From Mobula hypostoma (lineage: Eukaryota), in NCBI RefSeq assembly GCF_963921235.1, contig NC_086097.1, forward strand, positions 142,788,001 to 142,852,000: 64,000 nucleotides of DNA. The letters are read 5' to 3'. The translations under genes were made by a program, and so were the position numbers. Positions 12,601 through 25,744 of the stretch are shown here, one piece after another; position 1 is the first letter of the stretch; each line of letters begins with the position of its first letter. The notes under the pieces were generated by a model. That model worked only from the letters and a program-made list of their open reading frames with translations, was not told the origin of the DNA and did no database searches.

Positions 12601-13996
12601 CTAAGGTGGTCCCAGTTTATATAATGGAAGTTGAAATCCCCCAAGACAGCAATCCTATTATTTATACAAATTTCCTTAATCTGTTCCTCAATGTCCTGGT
12701 GGCGGATAGGGGGTCTGTAGTACAGTCCCATCAGTATGATTGCACATTTCCTATTCCTTAGTTCCACTGAAGTGGTCTCAGTGTCTGACCCCTCAATTAT
12801 GACTGCAGCTGTGATATTGTCCCAGCAACACTAACCCCCCTCAGCTTACCTCCTCTATCGTTTCTAAAACTTTGAAAACCTGGTACATTAATCACCCATT
12901 TCTGCCCCTCTCTCAACTAAGTTTCAGTAATGGCTACAACATCATAGTGTTGTGAACTATGTCCATCAACCTTACCCATAATATTCCTAGCATTAGAATA
13001 TACATACTTCAAACTATCTGACCCATCATACCTGTTATTTCGATCTTGCCTTTCAATACTCTCCCTGACATCTACCTTCTGGTTCGATTCTTCCCTTACT
13101 GACATGTGGCTCTGGTTAAACTCTCCTGAGTAGCATCAGCAAACCTCCCGGCCAGGATATTGGTTCCCCTGAAGTTCAGGTGCAACTCTTCATAGCAACA
13201 ACCTCTCACTCAGTGTCAGCAAGACCAAGGAGCTGATTATTGACTAGAGGAGGAGGAAACCGTTGTTCCATGAGTCTGTCATTATTGGGGGATCAGAGGT
13301 GGAGATGGTCAGTCGCTTTAAATTCCTTGGTCCTATCATTTCAGAGGATCTGTCCTGGGTCCAGCACTTAAGTGCAATTATGAAGAAAGTACTGTGGCAC
13401 CTCTACTTTCTTTGGAGTTTGTGAAGATTTGAATGACACCTAAAACTCTGACAAACCTCTATAGGTATGTAGTGGAGAGTATAGTAACTGCATCACAGCC
13501 TTGTACAGGTACACCAATGCCTTTGAACAGAAAATCCTACAACAACTAGTGTTAACGGCCCTGTCCATCATGGGTAAAGCCCTCCCAAACACTGAGCACA
13601 TTGTCATGAAACACTGTTGCAGGAAAGCAGCATCCATCATCAGAGACCTCACCACCAAGGGAAAGCCCTCTTCTCGTGCTGCCATCAGGAAGAAGGTACA
13701 AGAACCTCAGGACCTGCACCACCAGGTTCAGGAACAGTTACTACCCTTCAATCATCTTTCAAGAACTCTTCATCGCATGTTCTCGACAAGTCCAGATCAT
13801 ATGTGGAGGGTCCTTTTTTGTATTTTTGTTGACTTTTGCACTCTGGTCGAACACTGTAGTTGGACAGTCTTTCATTGTTATTATTATTATTATATTATTC
13901 TGTAGATTTATTAAGTATGCCCACAAGAAAATGAATCTCAGGGTTGTATTTGGTTACATATATGTACTTTGAAATAAAATTTACATTGAACTTTGA
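9665..13996 (+). mobile_element. Degenerate Rex1/Babar LINE split by a CR1 insertion
   Basis: Rex RT motifs at 9700-10295 resume at about 13195 (NNLSLSVSKTKELII); 3' tail ttgaactttga at about 13986-13996. Confidence 0.85.
10297..13190 (-). mobile_element. CR1 LINE with internal deletions (endonuclease to 3' end) nested in Rex
   Basis: YYRPP, VLGDFNF, GVPQGSVLEPLLF, LERVQKRF; 3' tail gtgctgtactgttct. Confidence 0.9.
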
Positions 13997-14005
13997 TTTC
14001 TATAG

Positions 14006-14068
14006 CAAATTCATGTGGAAGAAAAAGTCATTCTCTATGAAGTACTCCGACTTAATAGCAATGTCAAG
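14006..14068 (+). CDS. Candidate coding exon (63 nt, phase 0-0)
   Basis: tttctatag|CAA...AAG|gtattt; QIHVEEKVILYEVLRLNSNVK; splices in frame to 16153. Confidence 0.5.
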
Positions 14069-14509
14069 GTATTTTGGGGCGCACTTATCACTGGGCATAA
14101 TCAACAACATGCAGTTTTGAAAAGTGCTGTACTCTAAGCAGGTTCCAACCATGGGCTGATTCCCCACCCAAGTAGATTCTCTCCTTAGTTCCTCTCCTTC
14201 AGGGCTTCACCACTGCAACAATTCCCCAACTGGCCTCAGATTTTACCCAATTCATTACCTCTTACTTCCTGATCTGACACCTCACTGAGGTCGCCAAATG
14301 ATCCTAACTAAGGTGATGCCTTAATTTCACTCCATGTTCTCTCTCTCTGCAATTTTCTGGATCTAGATTCCATCCTGGAATTAACTACCTGATACTTCAC
14401 TTCATACACTGTGTAATGTCACAGCTTGCAAATATAAATTTAAAAGGGCTGTTCAGTTGCATCCAGTATTGATGAAATCTATCAACTTCAGCCTGTAGTG
14501 TACCTCCAA

Positions 14510-15650
14510 ATACCTTGAAACCTCATGCTTAATAATGGACTTCAATATTTTGCTAACCACTGAAGTCAGGCTAAATGGCCAATAATTTCCTGTCTTTTCC
14601 TCCCTCTTCTCTTAAAGAGTGGAGTGACATTTGTGAACTTCCAGTCCACGGGAACCATTCCAGAATCTAGTGATTCCTGGAAGATTACCACTAATACTTC
14701 CACAATCTCTTTAGCTACCTCTTTGAGAGCCCTAGGGAGCAGTCCATCTAGTCAAGGTGAGTTATCGACTTTCAGACCTTTCAACGTTCCAAGCACCTTC
14801 TCCTTAGTAATAGTGACTACACTTACTTCTGCCCCAACACTCTTGAATTTCTGTCATGTTGTTGGTGTCTAACAAGTGAAGACTGACGCAAAATATCCAT
14901 CCAGTTCATCCACAATTTCTTTGTTCCCTATTACTACCTCTCCAGTGTCATTTTCTTGCCTTTTGGTATCCTCTGATATTATTGGCTTGCATACCTTCAT
15001 ATTTCATCTTTTCTCTTATCACTATTTTTAGTTGCCATCATGGGTTTTCGAATGGTTCCCAATCCTGTAGATTCCCACTTTTTTTTTTCTGTATTGTATG
15101 CCCTCTCTTATGTTTTAATGCTGTCTTTCATTTCCCTTGGCAGCCACAGTTGCCTCATCCTCCCTTTTCAATACTTCTAATATGGGGTGAACTGATCCCA
15201 GTTCTTTCAAATTACTTCCAGAAACTCCAGCCAGTGGTGCTCTACCATCATCTCTACTAGTGTCACCTTCCAGTCAATTCTGGCCAGCTCCTATCTCAAG
15301 TTTCTGTAATTAACTTTACTCAACAACAATACCAATGTATCCAATTTTAGCTTCTCCCTCGCAAACTGCAGGGTAAATTCTATCAAATTATTATCACTGC
15401 CTCCTAATGCTTCTTTTACTTTAAGTGTGCTAATTGAATATGGTTCATTACACAAAACCCAATCCAGAATTATCTTTTCTATAGTGGGCTTGACCACAAG
15501 CTGCTCTAAAAAGCCACCTTGTATGCATACTAAGAATTCCTTTTCTTGGGATCCAGTGCCAACCTGATTTCCAATCTACCTGAATTTTGAAATCCCCTTC
15601 ATGACTATCATAACATTGCGTTTCCTACATGCCTTTTCTATCTCCCATCA
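14510..15650 (-). mobile_element. Degenerate CR1 ORF2 internal fragment
   Basis: ILDWVLCNEP...LGGSDNNLIEF; similar to other CR1 copies in the window. Confidence 0.85.
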
Positions 15651-15687
15651 TAAAATTTATGTTTTCTAGATTGTTAAACCAATAATA

Positions 15688-15857
15688 GGTGGCTGGTGGT
15701 GGTGTGACATCAGCACCGAACTTTGAGGCGAATGGTCCCAAGTTCGAAACCGTGCTGGTTAAGCTAGGAGCTCAGCCTCATAAAAAAAAGTCAAATGCTA
15801 CGGAAACTGCAAAAATGCTGCCCAAAGCGCCAGAAAGCGTGAAAGGGAACAACAAAC
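15688..15857 (+). mobile_element. Probable tRNA-derived SINE
   Basis: A-box-like tggtggtgtga, B-box-like agttcgaaacc, (aac)n-like tail. Confidence 0.45.
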
Positions 15858-16152
15858 CAATAATACAACAGCCATTTAGCCAAATATTTTTAAATTCATT
15901 GCCATTTTAGAAACATGGTTGCTCCATTAACTCGTGGTTCAGTCCAATTAAACATCCTTGTCAACTGAGTTAGACTTTCACTGTAAACTAGTACCCATCT
16001 TCATTCCATAAATGTCCTACTTCTTTTCACCCATTTCCCATATCCTAGTAATCCATTCTTCCTCATATATGGTAAATGTTGTTTGACTAAATACTGGACT
16101 TTAAAAAGCCACCTACCGTCTCAATCTTGCTTTGGAGTTTTATTTACCCTAG

Positions 16153-16252
16153 CAACGAGTTCAACAAAATCTTGAAATCAATGCGAACTTCAATGATCTT
16201 GTACTGAGCCTTTCAGTTTTTAAACACACAATAATCCTTGGCAACGAGGCAG
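16153..16252 (+). CDS. Candidate coding exon (100 nt, phase 0-1)
   Basis: ttttatttaccctag| ... CAG|gtaagt; only one frame is open: QRVQQNLEINANFNDLVLSLSVFKHTIILGNEA. Confidence 0.65.
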
Positions 16253-16447
16253 GTAAGTTCTTTGCAAAGAAATGTTTTGAAACTGTCCTCTTAACATAAA
16301 CAAATCTAACAAACTTCATCATAAGAGGTATAATTATTTAACTAGCTTAAAAGCTGTGTTTGGAAATAATTGGGGAACTGTGTATACAATAGCTGTTTAG
16401 GCATGTTTTTGCCTTGGAGTTTTCCATTTTTTATCTTTTTATTCAAG

Positions 16448-16578
16448 ACCATAAATCCCAAATAATTATGGATGAAGATGACAAATTTGGCCAAACTGCT
16501 ATGCCTGTCATTGCAACATCAGTTATTTTTTTCAACCAATGTCAGGCTAGTTCAGCTGATTGCAATCCCAATTACTGA
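16448..16578 (+). CDS. Candidate (terminal) coding exon
   Basis: Long pyrimidine tract and caag acceptor; phase 1 matches the previous exon; DHKSQIIMDEDDKFGQTAMPVIATSVIFFNQCQASSADCNPNY*; AATAAA at 16584. Confidence 0.6.
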
Positions 16579-16592
16579 GGTTTAATAAATTA

Positions 16593-17095
16593 GGAACATA
16601 AGAAGTAGGAGCGGGAATAGACCATATAGCCTCTGGAAGCATTGTGCCATTCAAAACATGATGGTTTTTGTCTTGGGTTCAATGCTTTTCCTACTGATAG
16701 CCTACTTTTACACTGAAAATCTATCTCAATGCTGAATATACTTAGTAACCCTATCTCCACAGAAATCCAAATAATTATAACCTTCTAAATTAAAAGATTC
16801 TTTCTCATCCCCATCTCCTAATTTCAAATTATGTTTCCTTGTTCTAGATTCTTCCACAACAGCTAACATCCTCTCAGTATCTATCCTTTTCAGAAATGTT
16901 TTGATAAGACTACCTGACATTTTACAAATTTCCAGTGAGCATAGACCAAACCTGGTCAATGTTTCCTCATAAAGCAAAACCTTTAAGCCATAAGTTAAAA
17001 TGGTGAACTCCTTAGAATTGCCTCCAATAATATTCTTTCTTAAACAAAGGATAAAATCTGTACCAACTACTCCAGCCATGGTCTTACCAAAAACG
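16593..17095 (-). mobile_element. Old CR1 3' fragment
   Basis: LLYEETLTRFGLCSLE...SRTRKHNLK; CR1-type tail. Confidence 0.75.
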
Positions 17096-17099
17096 TAAG

Positions 17100-19382
17100 A
17101 GATTCTGCAGAGTGACACATACAAGATGCTGGAGGAACTCAGCAGGTCAGACAGCATCTATGGAAAGGAATAATCAGTTGATGTTTTGGGACGAGGGGAA
17201 GGAATACAAGCTAGAAGGTGACAGGTAAAGTCAGGTGGGTGGGAGAAGAGGGATGAAGTAAGAAGCTGCACTATTCTCCACAGCTTCCACCAGCTTCAAC
17301 AGGTTCCTACTACCAAACACAATTTTATCTCTCCCTGCCCCCCCCCAACCATCTGCTTTCTGTAGGGATCACTCTCCCTGTGATTCCCTTGTCTATTAGT
17401 CCTTTCCCCCTAACCTCCCTTCTGGCAATTATCCCCAAAAGGGGAAGAAGTGCTATACCTGCCCATTTACCACTTCCATTACCTCTGTTCAGGGGCATAA
17501 AACAGTCCTTCCAGGTGAGGTAACACTTCACCCGCAGGTCTCTCGGGGTTATTTACTGTATCTGGTGCTCCTGATGTGGCCTCTTCTATTGTCAGACCCA
17601 ACATAGATTAGAGTACTGCTTTGTCAAGTATGTACCTTTGCTCCATTCACAAAAAGCAGGATTTCCCAGAAGCTAATCATTTTAATTCCAATCCCTATTC
17701 CCATTCTAATATTTTGGTTCATAGCCTCCTTTACTGCCATTATAAGGCCACTCTCAGGCTGCAGGAGAACACCTCATATTTTGTCTGGGTAGCCTCCAAC
17801 CTGATGGTACGAACATTGATTTCTCTAACACCCGATAATTCCCACCCCAACAACCCCTCCCCCCCACCATTTCCCACTCTTGGGATTCTGCAGATGCTGG
17901 AAATCCAGAGTAATGCATACAAAATGTTGGAGGAACTCAGCATGTCAGGCAGCATCAATGGAAAAGAATAAAAGGAGTCAAATTTTTGGGCCAAGACCCT
18001 GCATCAGGACTGGAAAGGAAGAGGAAAGAAACCAGAATAAGAAAGTGAAGGAAATGGAAGGAGTATAAGGTAGAATATGACAGGTGAAGCCAGTTGACTG
18101 GGAAAGATGGTGACTGGGGGGGGGGGGGGTAAAGACGTGAGAAGCTGGGAGGTGATAGGTGGAAAAGGTAAATGGTTGAAGAAGAAGAAAGCTGATAGGA
18201 GAGGGGAGTGGACCATGGAGGAAAGGAGGAAGGGCACCAGGAGATGGGGGTTGATATGCAATTGAGGAGAAGAGAAGAGGTAAGAGGGGAAGGGAAGAAG
18301 ATGGAAAGGGGAAGGGGAAAAATTATGGAAAGTTAAGAGAAATCAATGTTCATGCTGTCAAGTCGGAGACTACACAGATGGAATAAGAGCTGTTGCTCCA
18401 CCAACCTGAGAGTCGAGGAGGCCATGGACCAACATGTTGGAATGGGAATGGAGATTGAAATTAAAATGATTAGCCACCAGGAAATTCTGCTCATTGTGGA
18501 TGGAGCGAAGGCACTTGACAAAGTGTTTCCCAATCTACATCGGATCTCATTGATGTAGAGGAGACCACAGTGGAAGCACTGGATATAGTAGATGACCCTG
18601 ACAGGCTTGCAGGTAAAGCGTTGCCTCACCTGGAAGGACTGTTTGGGCTGTTAATGGAGATGAGGGAGGAGGGGAATGGACAGGTACTCCTGCTTTCAGG
18701 GATAATGCCAGAGGGAGACTGGAGGTGAAGGACAAATTGACAAAGAAACCATGGAGTGAGCAATCCCTGAGGAAAGAGAAGAGTTGGGGGAAGGTAAAGA
18801 TGTGTTTGGTGGTAGAATCCCATTGAAGATGGCAGAAGTTGGGGAGAATGATGTGCTGGATGCAGACGCACATGGAATTGCAATTAAGGACAAGAAAAAC
18901 TCTATTCCAGTTAAGGTGGTGGGAACATGGGTAACGGTGGATGTCCGGGAAATGGAGGAGATGCAGGTTAGGGCAGCATCAATGGTGGAGGAAGAGAAAT
19001 CCCATTCTTTGAAAAGGGAATACATCCCTCATCCTGAGAACAGATGCAGCAGAGTTGAAGGAACTGAGAAAAGTGAATGGCATTTTTATAGGTTACAGGG
19101 TGGGATGAAGTATAGCCAAGATAGCTGTGAGAGTCAGTAGGTTTATAAAAGATGTTGGTAGACAGTCTGTCTTCAGAGATGGAGACAGAGAGATTGAGAA
19201 AGGGGAGAGAGGTGTCAGAAATAAACTTAGTGAATTTAAGGATCGGGTGGAAGCTGGAGGCAGTTTATGAAATTGATGAGCTCAGCATGGGTGTACGAAG
19301 CAGCATTAATGCAGTCATTAGTCTAGTGCAGAAAGAAATGGGCAGCAAGACCAGTTAAAGCTTGGAACATGGGCTGTTCCAA
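17100..19382. mobile_element. Cluster of older Penelope-like fragments in -/+/- orientation
   Basis: GIY-YIG remnants (VIYYIQCFHCGLLYINE) on both strands; terminal motif gatgctggaggaactcagc at about 17125 and 17925. Confidence 0.85.
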
Positions 19383-19499
19383 ACCTTGGTCTTATTAAAT
19401 TCTACAGAATTGTAGTCAGAATTTTTTACTTTGTATTCCATCCTCTGTGCAAAGTAAAAACCTTCCTAATTACATGCTGTATCTTCATTCTAACTTGCT

Positions 19500-19950
19500 G
19501 TGACTCATGTTGCCTGGATTGGAGATCATGCCTTAATGAGAATAGGTTCAGTAAACTTGCCTTTTCTCCTAGGAGCAAGAGAGGATGAGAGGTGATCTGA
19601 TAGAGGTGTATAAGATGATGAGAGGCATTGATCTTGTGGACAGCCAAAGGCTTTTTCCCAGGGCTGAAATGGTGTTTTAACATGAGGGGTATAGTTTTAA
19701 GGTGCTTGGAAGTAGGTGCAAGGGGGATGTCAGAGGTAAGTTTTTCACACAGGGTAGTGGCTGCGCGGAATGCACTGTCAGCGACGGTGGTAGAGGCGAA
19801 TACAATAGGGTCTTTTAGATAGGGACATGGAACTTAAAAATAGAGGGCTATGCAGTAGGGAAATTCGAGGCAGTTTCTAGAGTAGGTTACATGATCCTCA
19901 CAACATTGTGGGCCAAAGGGCCTGTAATGTGTTGTAGATTTCTATGTTCT
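19500..19950 (+). mobile_element. CR1 3' fragment
   Basis: RMRGDLIEVYKMMRGID; tail tttctatgttctat. Confidence 0.85.
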
Positions 19951-20129
19951 ATTACTTTTCTATAAATTGCATGTAAAATTGGAACAGGAGTATGCCATTT
20001 GGCCACTCAAGTCTGCTTTGGCAATATACTCCTGAATTCAGTTCTATTTGGCTTGCATATTATTTTGAGATTCTGATCCCTTATCTTATTACCTGGAAAT
20101 ACCCTTCCCATGTCTACACTGCTGAGCCC

Positions 20130-23100
20130 TCTAAGGATTTTGTCATTGAGTCTGCTCCACCATTCCATCATCCCGGATCTCACTCAACCCGATACACATG
20201 CCTTCTCACCATATTCCTTGATGCCCTGATCGTCCAGGAAACTATCAACTTCAACCTTAAGTATACACTGATTTAGCCTCTACCGCAGTCTGTAGTAGAA
20301 CATTCCACAGATTCACTACTGTCTGCCATAAAAAATTCCTCCTTACCTCTGTTCTAACACAGAGGTCCCCAACCAGCGGGCCGCAAAGCATGTGCTACCG
20401 GACCGCGAGGAAACGATATGATTTGGTGATATGAAACGATATGAGTCAGCTGCACCTTTCCTCATTCCGTCACGTACTGTTGAACTTGAACACACACCCC
20501 CCACCGTTGGCCAGTCCGCAAGAATATTGTCAATATTAAACCGGTCTGTGGTGCAAAAAAGGTTGGGGACCCCTGTTCTAACAGGTTGCCCCTCAATTTT
20601 GAGACCGTGCCCTCTAATTCTGGATACACCCACCATAGGAAACATTCTCTCCACATCCATGTTATCTATGTCCTTTCAACATTTGGTAGGTTTCAATAAG
20701 ATCCCCCAGCATTCATCTAAATTCCGGTGAAAATAGGCCCAAAGTTGCCAAACGCTCCTCGTATGTCAACCCCTTTATTTTACGAATCATCCCCGTATAC
20801 CTCCTCTGGACTCTCTCCAATGGCAGCACATTTTTTCTGAGATATGGGGCCCAAAACTGTTGACGGTATCCCAAGTGTGGCCTGACTAATGTCTTATAAA
20901 ACCTCACCATTATCTCCTTGCTCTTATATTCTATTCGCCTTGAAATAAATGCCAACATTGTATTTGCCTTGTTTAACACAGACTCAACCTGTAAATTAAC
21001 CTTCTGGGAGTCTTGCACGAGGGTTCCTGAGTCCCTTTGCTCCTCTGACGTTTGAACCTTCTCCCCATTTAGATAATATCTGCACTTTCGTTCCTTCTAC
21101 CAAAATGCATTATCATATATTTCCCAACACTGGATTCCATCTGCCACTTTTTTGCCCACTCTTCCGATTTGTCTAAGTCTTGCTGCAATCGCATTGCTTC
21201 CTCAGCACTACCTACCCCTCCACTTATCTTTGTATCATTTGCAAACTTTGCCACAAAGCCATCATTTCTATTATCCAAATCATTGACAAGCAATGTGAAA
21301 AGTAGTGGTCCCAACACGGAGCCTTGAGGAACACCACTCGTCACTGGCAGCCATCCGAAAAGGCCTCCTTTATTCCCATTTGCTGCCTCCTGCTTGTTAG
21401 TCATTCCTCTATCCATGCCCGTATCTTTCCTGTAACGCCATAGGATTTGATCTTGTTAAGCAGCATCATGTGTGGCCCCTTATCAAATGCCTTCTTAAAA
21501 TCCAAGTAAATGACATTCACTGCCTTTCCACTCCACTTCTTACTTCCTCGAAGAACTCTAACAGATTTGTCAGGAAAGATTTCCCTTCACAGAAACCATG
21601 CTGACTTTGACTTATTTTATCATTAGTCTCTCAGTACCCTGAAATAGCATCTCCTTAATAATAGACAACACTTTCTCAACCACTGAGGTTAGGCTAACTG
21701 GCCTATAATTTCCTTTCTTTTGCCTTCCTCCCTTTTTCAAGAGTGGAGTGACATTTGGAATCTTCAAGTCCTCCGGGACCATGCCAGAATCAAGATCATG
21801 ACCAATGCATCCGTTATCTCTACAGCAACCTCTCTCAAGACTCTGGGACGTAGTCCATCTGGACCAGGTGACATATCAACCTTAAGACCTTTCAGTTTGC
21901 TTAGCGCTTTTTCCTTTGTATTAACAATGGCACTCACTCCTGTTCCCTGACACTCACAGACCTTTTCCACAGTGAAGACAGATGCAAAATACCCATTAAG
22001 TTCATTTGCCATTTCTTTGTCCCTCATCACTAGCATCAGTTTCCAGTGGTCCAATATCAACTCTCACCTCCCTTTTACTCTTTAAATAACTGAAAAAACT
22101 TTTAGTATCCTGCTTTATATTATTGGCTAGCTTGCTCTCATATTTCATCTTTTCCCTTCTTATCGCTTTTTTAGTTGCCTTCTTAGTTCAATCCTTAGTT
22201 GGATTTTAAAAGCTTCCCAATCATCCAACTTCCCACTCACTTTTGCTACCTTATATGTCCTTTCATTAGCTTTTATGCAGTCCTTAACTTCCCTTGTCAG
22301 CCACAGTTGCTTACTCCTGACATTTGAAAACAACTTCTTCTGTGGGACTTACCTATTCTGTGCCTTATGAACTATTCCCAGAAACTTCAACCATCACTGC
22401 TCTGCTGTCATCCCCGCCAGTATTCTCCTTCAATCCACCTGGTTCAGCTCACCTCTCATGCCTCTGTAATTCCCTTTATTCCATTGTGATACTGATACAT
22501 GTGACTTATGCTTCTCCCTCTCAAATTGTGGTATGAATTCAATTATATTATGATCACTGTCCTTAAGGGTTCCTTTACATTAAGCTCCCTAATAACAACT
22601 GGGTTATTATACAATATCCAATCTAAGATAGCTTTTCCCCAAGTAGGCTCACGCACAGGCTGCTCTAAAAAGCCATCTTGTTGGCATTCAAAAAATTCCC
22701 TGTCTTGTAATCCAACACCAACTTGATTTTGCCAATCCCCTTGCATACTGAAGTCCCCCATTACAATTGCATCATTACCCTTATTACATGCCTTTTCCAG
22801 CTTCCTTTGCAATCTCAACCCCACATCTTGGCTACTATTTGGAGGCCTATATACAATTCCCATAATGTTTTTTTTTACCTTTTCAGTTTCTTAACTCCAC
22901 AAAGATTTAACATTCTCTGACCCTATGTCACCTCTTCTAAAGAAGTAATTCCATCTCTTACCAACAGAACAACACCACCACCTATGCCTTCCTGCCTGTC
23001 CTTTCAATACAAAGTATATCCTTTGATGTTAAGCTCCCAACTATGGCCTTCTTTCAGCCACGACTCAGTGATGCCCACAATGTCATACCAACCAATCAGT

Positions 23101-23900
23101 AATTGCGCCACAAGTTCCTCCACCTTATTCCAAATGCTGCACGCATTTAAATACAGCACCTTCAATCCTGCACTCTTTGCTCATTTGAATTTTGTCCCTG
23201 TAGTACAATTTAACTTTTTGCACTCTCCGCATTTGTACCCAATCATTGGCTTGTCCTTCCTTACATTCATGTTACATCCATCATCTATTTGTAAATCTGC
23301 TGGCTCATCCTGAGCTCTATCATCATGGTTCCCATTCCCCTGCCATATTAGTTTAAACCGCTCTCAACAGCTCTAGTAAATGTGGCTGCAAGAATATTGG
23401 TCCCCCTCAGATTCAAGTGCCTTTTGAACAGGTCACACCTGCCCCAAAAGAGGTCCCAATTATCCAGGAATCTGAATCCCTGACCTCTGCTCCAATTCCT
23501 CAGCCACACATTTATCTACCACCTCATTCTATTCCTATCCTTTCTGTCGTGTGGCACGGGCAGCACTTCTGAGAATAGTACCCTTGAGGTCCTGCTTCTC
23601 AGTTTCTTTCCTAACTCCCTGTATTCTGTTTTCAGGACCTCCTCCCTTTTTCTGCCTATGTCATTGGTACCAATATGTACCATGACTTATAGCTGCTCGC
23701 ACTCCCTTTTCAGAATATGTTCAGAAGCATGAGCCCTGGCACAGGGGAGGCAAACTACCATCCGTGTTTCCTATTCGCATCCACAAAATTGCCTATCTGC
23801 CCCCCTAACTATAGAGTCCCCTATTACTGCTGCCATCCTCTTCAGAAGCAAAGCTGTCTTTGCTTCCCCCAGGTTGGTCGTCTGCCCCCCCCCCCCGCCC
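20130..23900 (-). mobile_element. Long degenerate CR1 LINE (ORF1 remnant, ORF2, 3' end)
   Basis: YRPPNS, MGDFS, SPGPDGLRPRVL, GVPQGSVLGPLLF, YKTLVRPHL. Confidence 0.92.
20360..20575 (+). mobile_element. 216-bp hAT/Charlie MITE
   Basis: TIRs cagaggtccccaacc / ggttggggacccctg; perfect 8-bp TSD ttctaaca (20352-20359, 20576-20583); shares both ends with the element at 2055-3645. Confidence 0.95.
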
Positions 23901-23904
23901 AACA

Positions 23905-24722
23905 GTACTCAAAATGTTGATGATAATTGGGCAGACATTTCTTCAAACAAGCCTGACTGAAGTCCCTGACAATGTTTTGAAAGGTGTCAGTGCAGGTTGT
24001 TTCTCGTTTGCCGATGGCAGTACTGAATATTTCGAGTGCTTGTTTAACATTGGTCCTTGGTGGTATGTAAACTACAGTCAGAATCATGGAGGGGAAGTAG
24101 AATGGTCGGCACTTAATCGTTTGGGGAACAAAAATGCAACAAGACCACTGTGTCTGAGCACAGGAAATAATTTATCATGAAACACAGACTCCCACCATTT
24201 GGCTTCTCCGAATCAGCAGTCCAGTCCAGTCCATCCTGTGTATCAAGAAACCCTCAGGTCTTACTAATGTATCAGGCATGCCCAGAGTGAGCCATGTCTC
24301 CGTGAATCACATAACACTTAAATTCCTCATTTCCCTTTGATACAGCAGTCTTGTTCTTCAGCAACTGTAGGTTTGCTAAAATGATGCTGGGTTTCATTCC
24401 TTCATACTTCAGCCTGGCTTGGAGCTTTCCCTTCCTCCACCTCTTTTGGCCATGGCGATGTACCTTCATCCGTTTAAAGGTGCTGTACCTGCATGCTTGA
24501 GAGCTAAGTTCGCCAGGTTCTTCAGAGGATCGTGAAATTGCTAGTTCATTAAGACAGTTCAAAATTACATTGCTTAAAGAGAAATTACAGGCAGTGAGTG
24601 TAATTACCTTCCTTAGGCCAGCTAAGCACCAGTGGTGTAACGGGTAGAGAGCAATTCAGAAGTACATTAAAAGTTTTGTAAGCAGCCTGTAGCACATCGC
24701 TGTGGTTCACCAGCGCCATCTT
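23905..24722 (-). mobile_element. Rex1/Babar 5' region (endonuclease remnant)
   Basis: PSIILANLQLLKNK and ILTVVYIPP...VRDFSQA; starts with aagatggcgctgg on the - strand. Confidence 0.75.
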
Positions 24723-25744
24723 GAGCATCAGTCTTGTACAGCAACATCTGCAAACTTTCATTATTTAAATGGTATTCTGTTTATACCAACATGGTTAACC
24801 TCACAATTCCCCACATCAAATACTGCCAGCTGTACTGCCCACTTGCTTATCCTATATGTTTTTATTTTACAGCTTCTTCACAACTTGTTTTTCCACCTTT
24901 CTCTGATCATCAACGAAATTGGCAATAATATACTCAGCCCCTTCTTTCAAGTCATTGATGAAGCAGCTAAATAGTTGAGCACCCAGGACTGATCCCTCTG
25001 GCAACCCTCTAGTTACAACTTGACAACATGGAAATGAACCATTTATCCTGCCTTAAGCAAAAAAAAAGCTCATTTTTTGGTGTGTTAGTGAGAGGCTCCA
25101 CTTTGCACATGAGATGTTAAAAGGAGGCCTGGTGTGATCTCAAATATTCCATGAAACTGATCTATAAATTCCTTTGCATAACTATAAAACAAAATCTGTA
25201 CATTTGAAAATGAAATTGCTTGGAATAGAGCTATTGCTGGCACTGTTCTCTGCTAGCCTATCCATTATTCCAAATACAAATGGCCACTCAATCACCAACA
25301 TCCTCTCCACTCCTCTTCCTCCTCTCCTCCATTATGAAGCAACACCCCTTTGCTGCTGGAAGAGTGCCATGTGGCATGTATCTTTGAAAGAGATCACCTT
25401 GAAAAGCTAAGTGCTGGTAAATTTAATATCAATTGAAAGCAATCTGTTGAAATTGGCATAGAGTAATGTTAGACAGGAAATCTGTGTATTTTGCAACTGA
25501 ATATTTTAATTCTAAGGAACCATTCATAAACAGCATTAGAGTGACCTCAGAATGTCATTTTAATGTCACTAAAAGCTAAGAAAGAAATTTCTAGGCTTCT
25601 TTGTTCGAAAGTAGAGCAGGTTATTAATCCAAGTACCTGGTCAATAGTTACTCCTCAGTTTACATCATTAAAATTCAGAATTATCATTATCACATTGCAT
25701 TTACTGCAATTCAAAACTCAGTGAACAGTGGGGCAGGGATCTGG

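Noticed and set aside
25174..25410. ORF with signal-peptide-like start MKLLGIELLLALFSASLS
   Set aside because: Short and low-complexity with no recognisable domain or splice support; probably chance.
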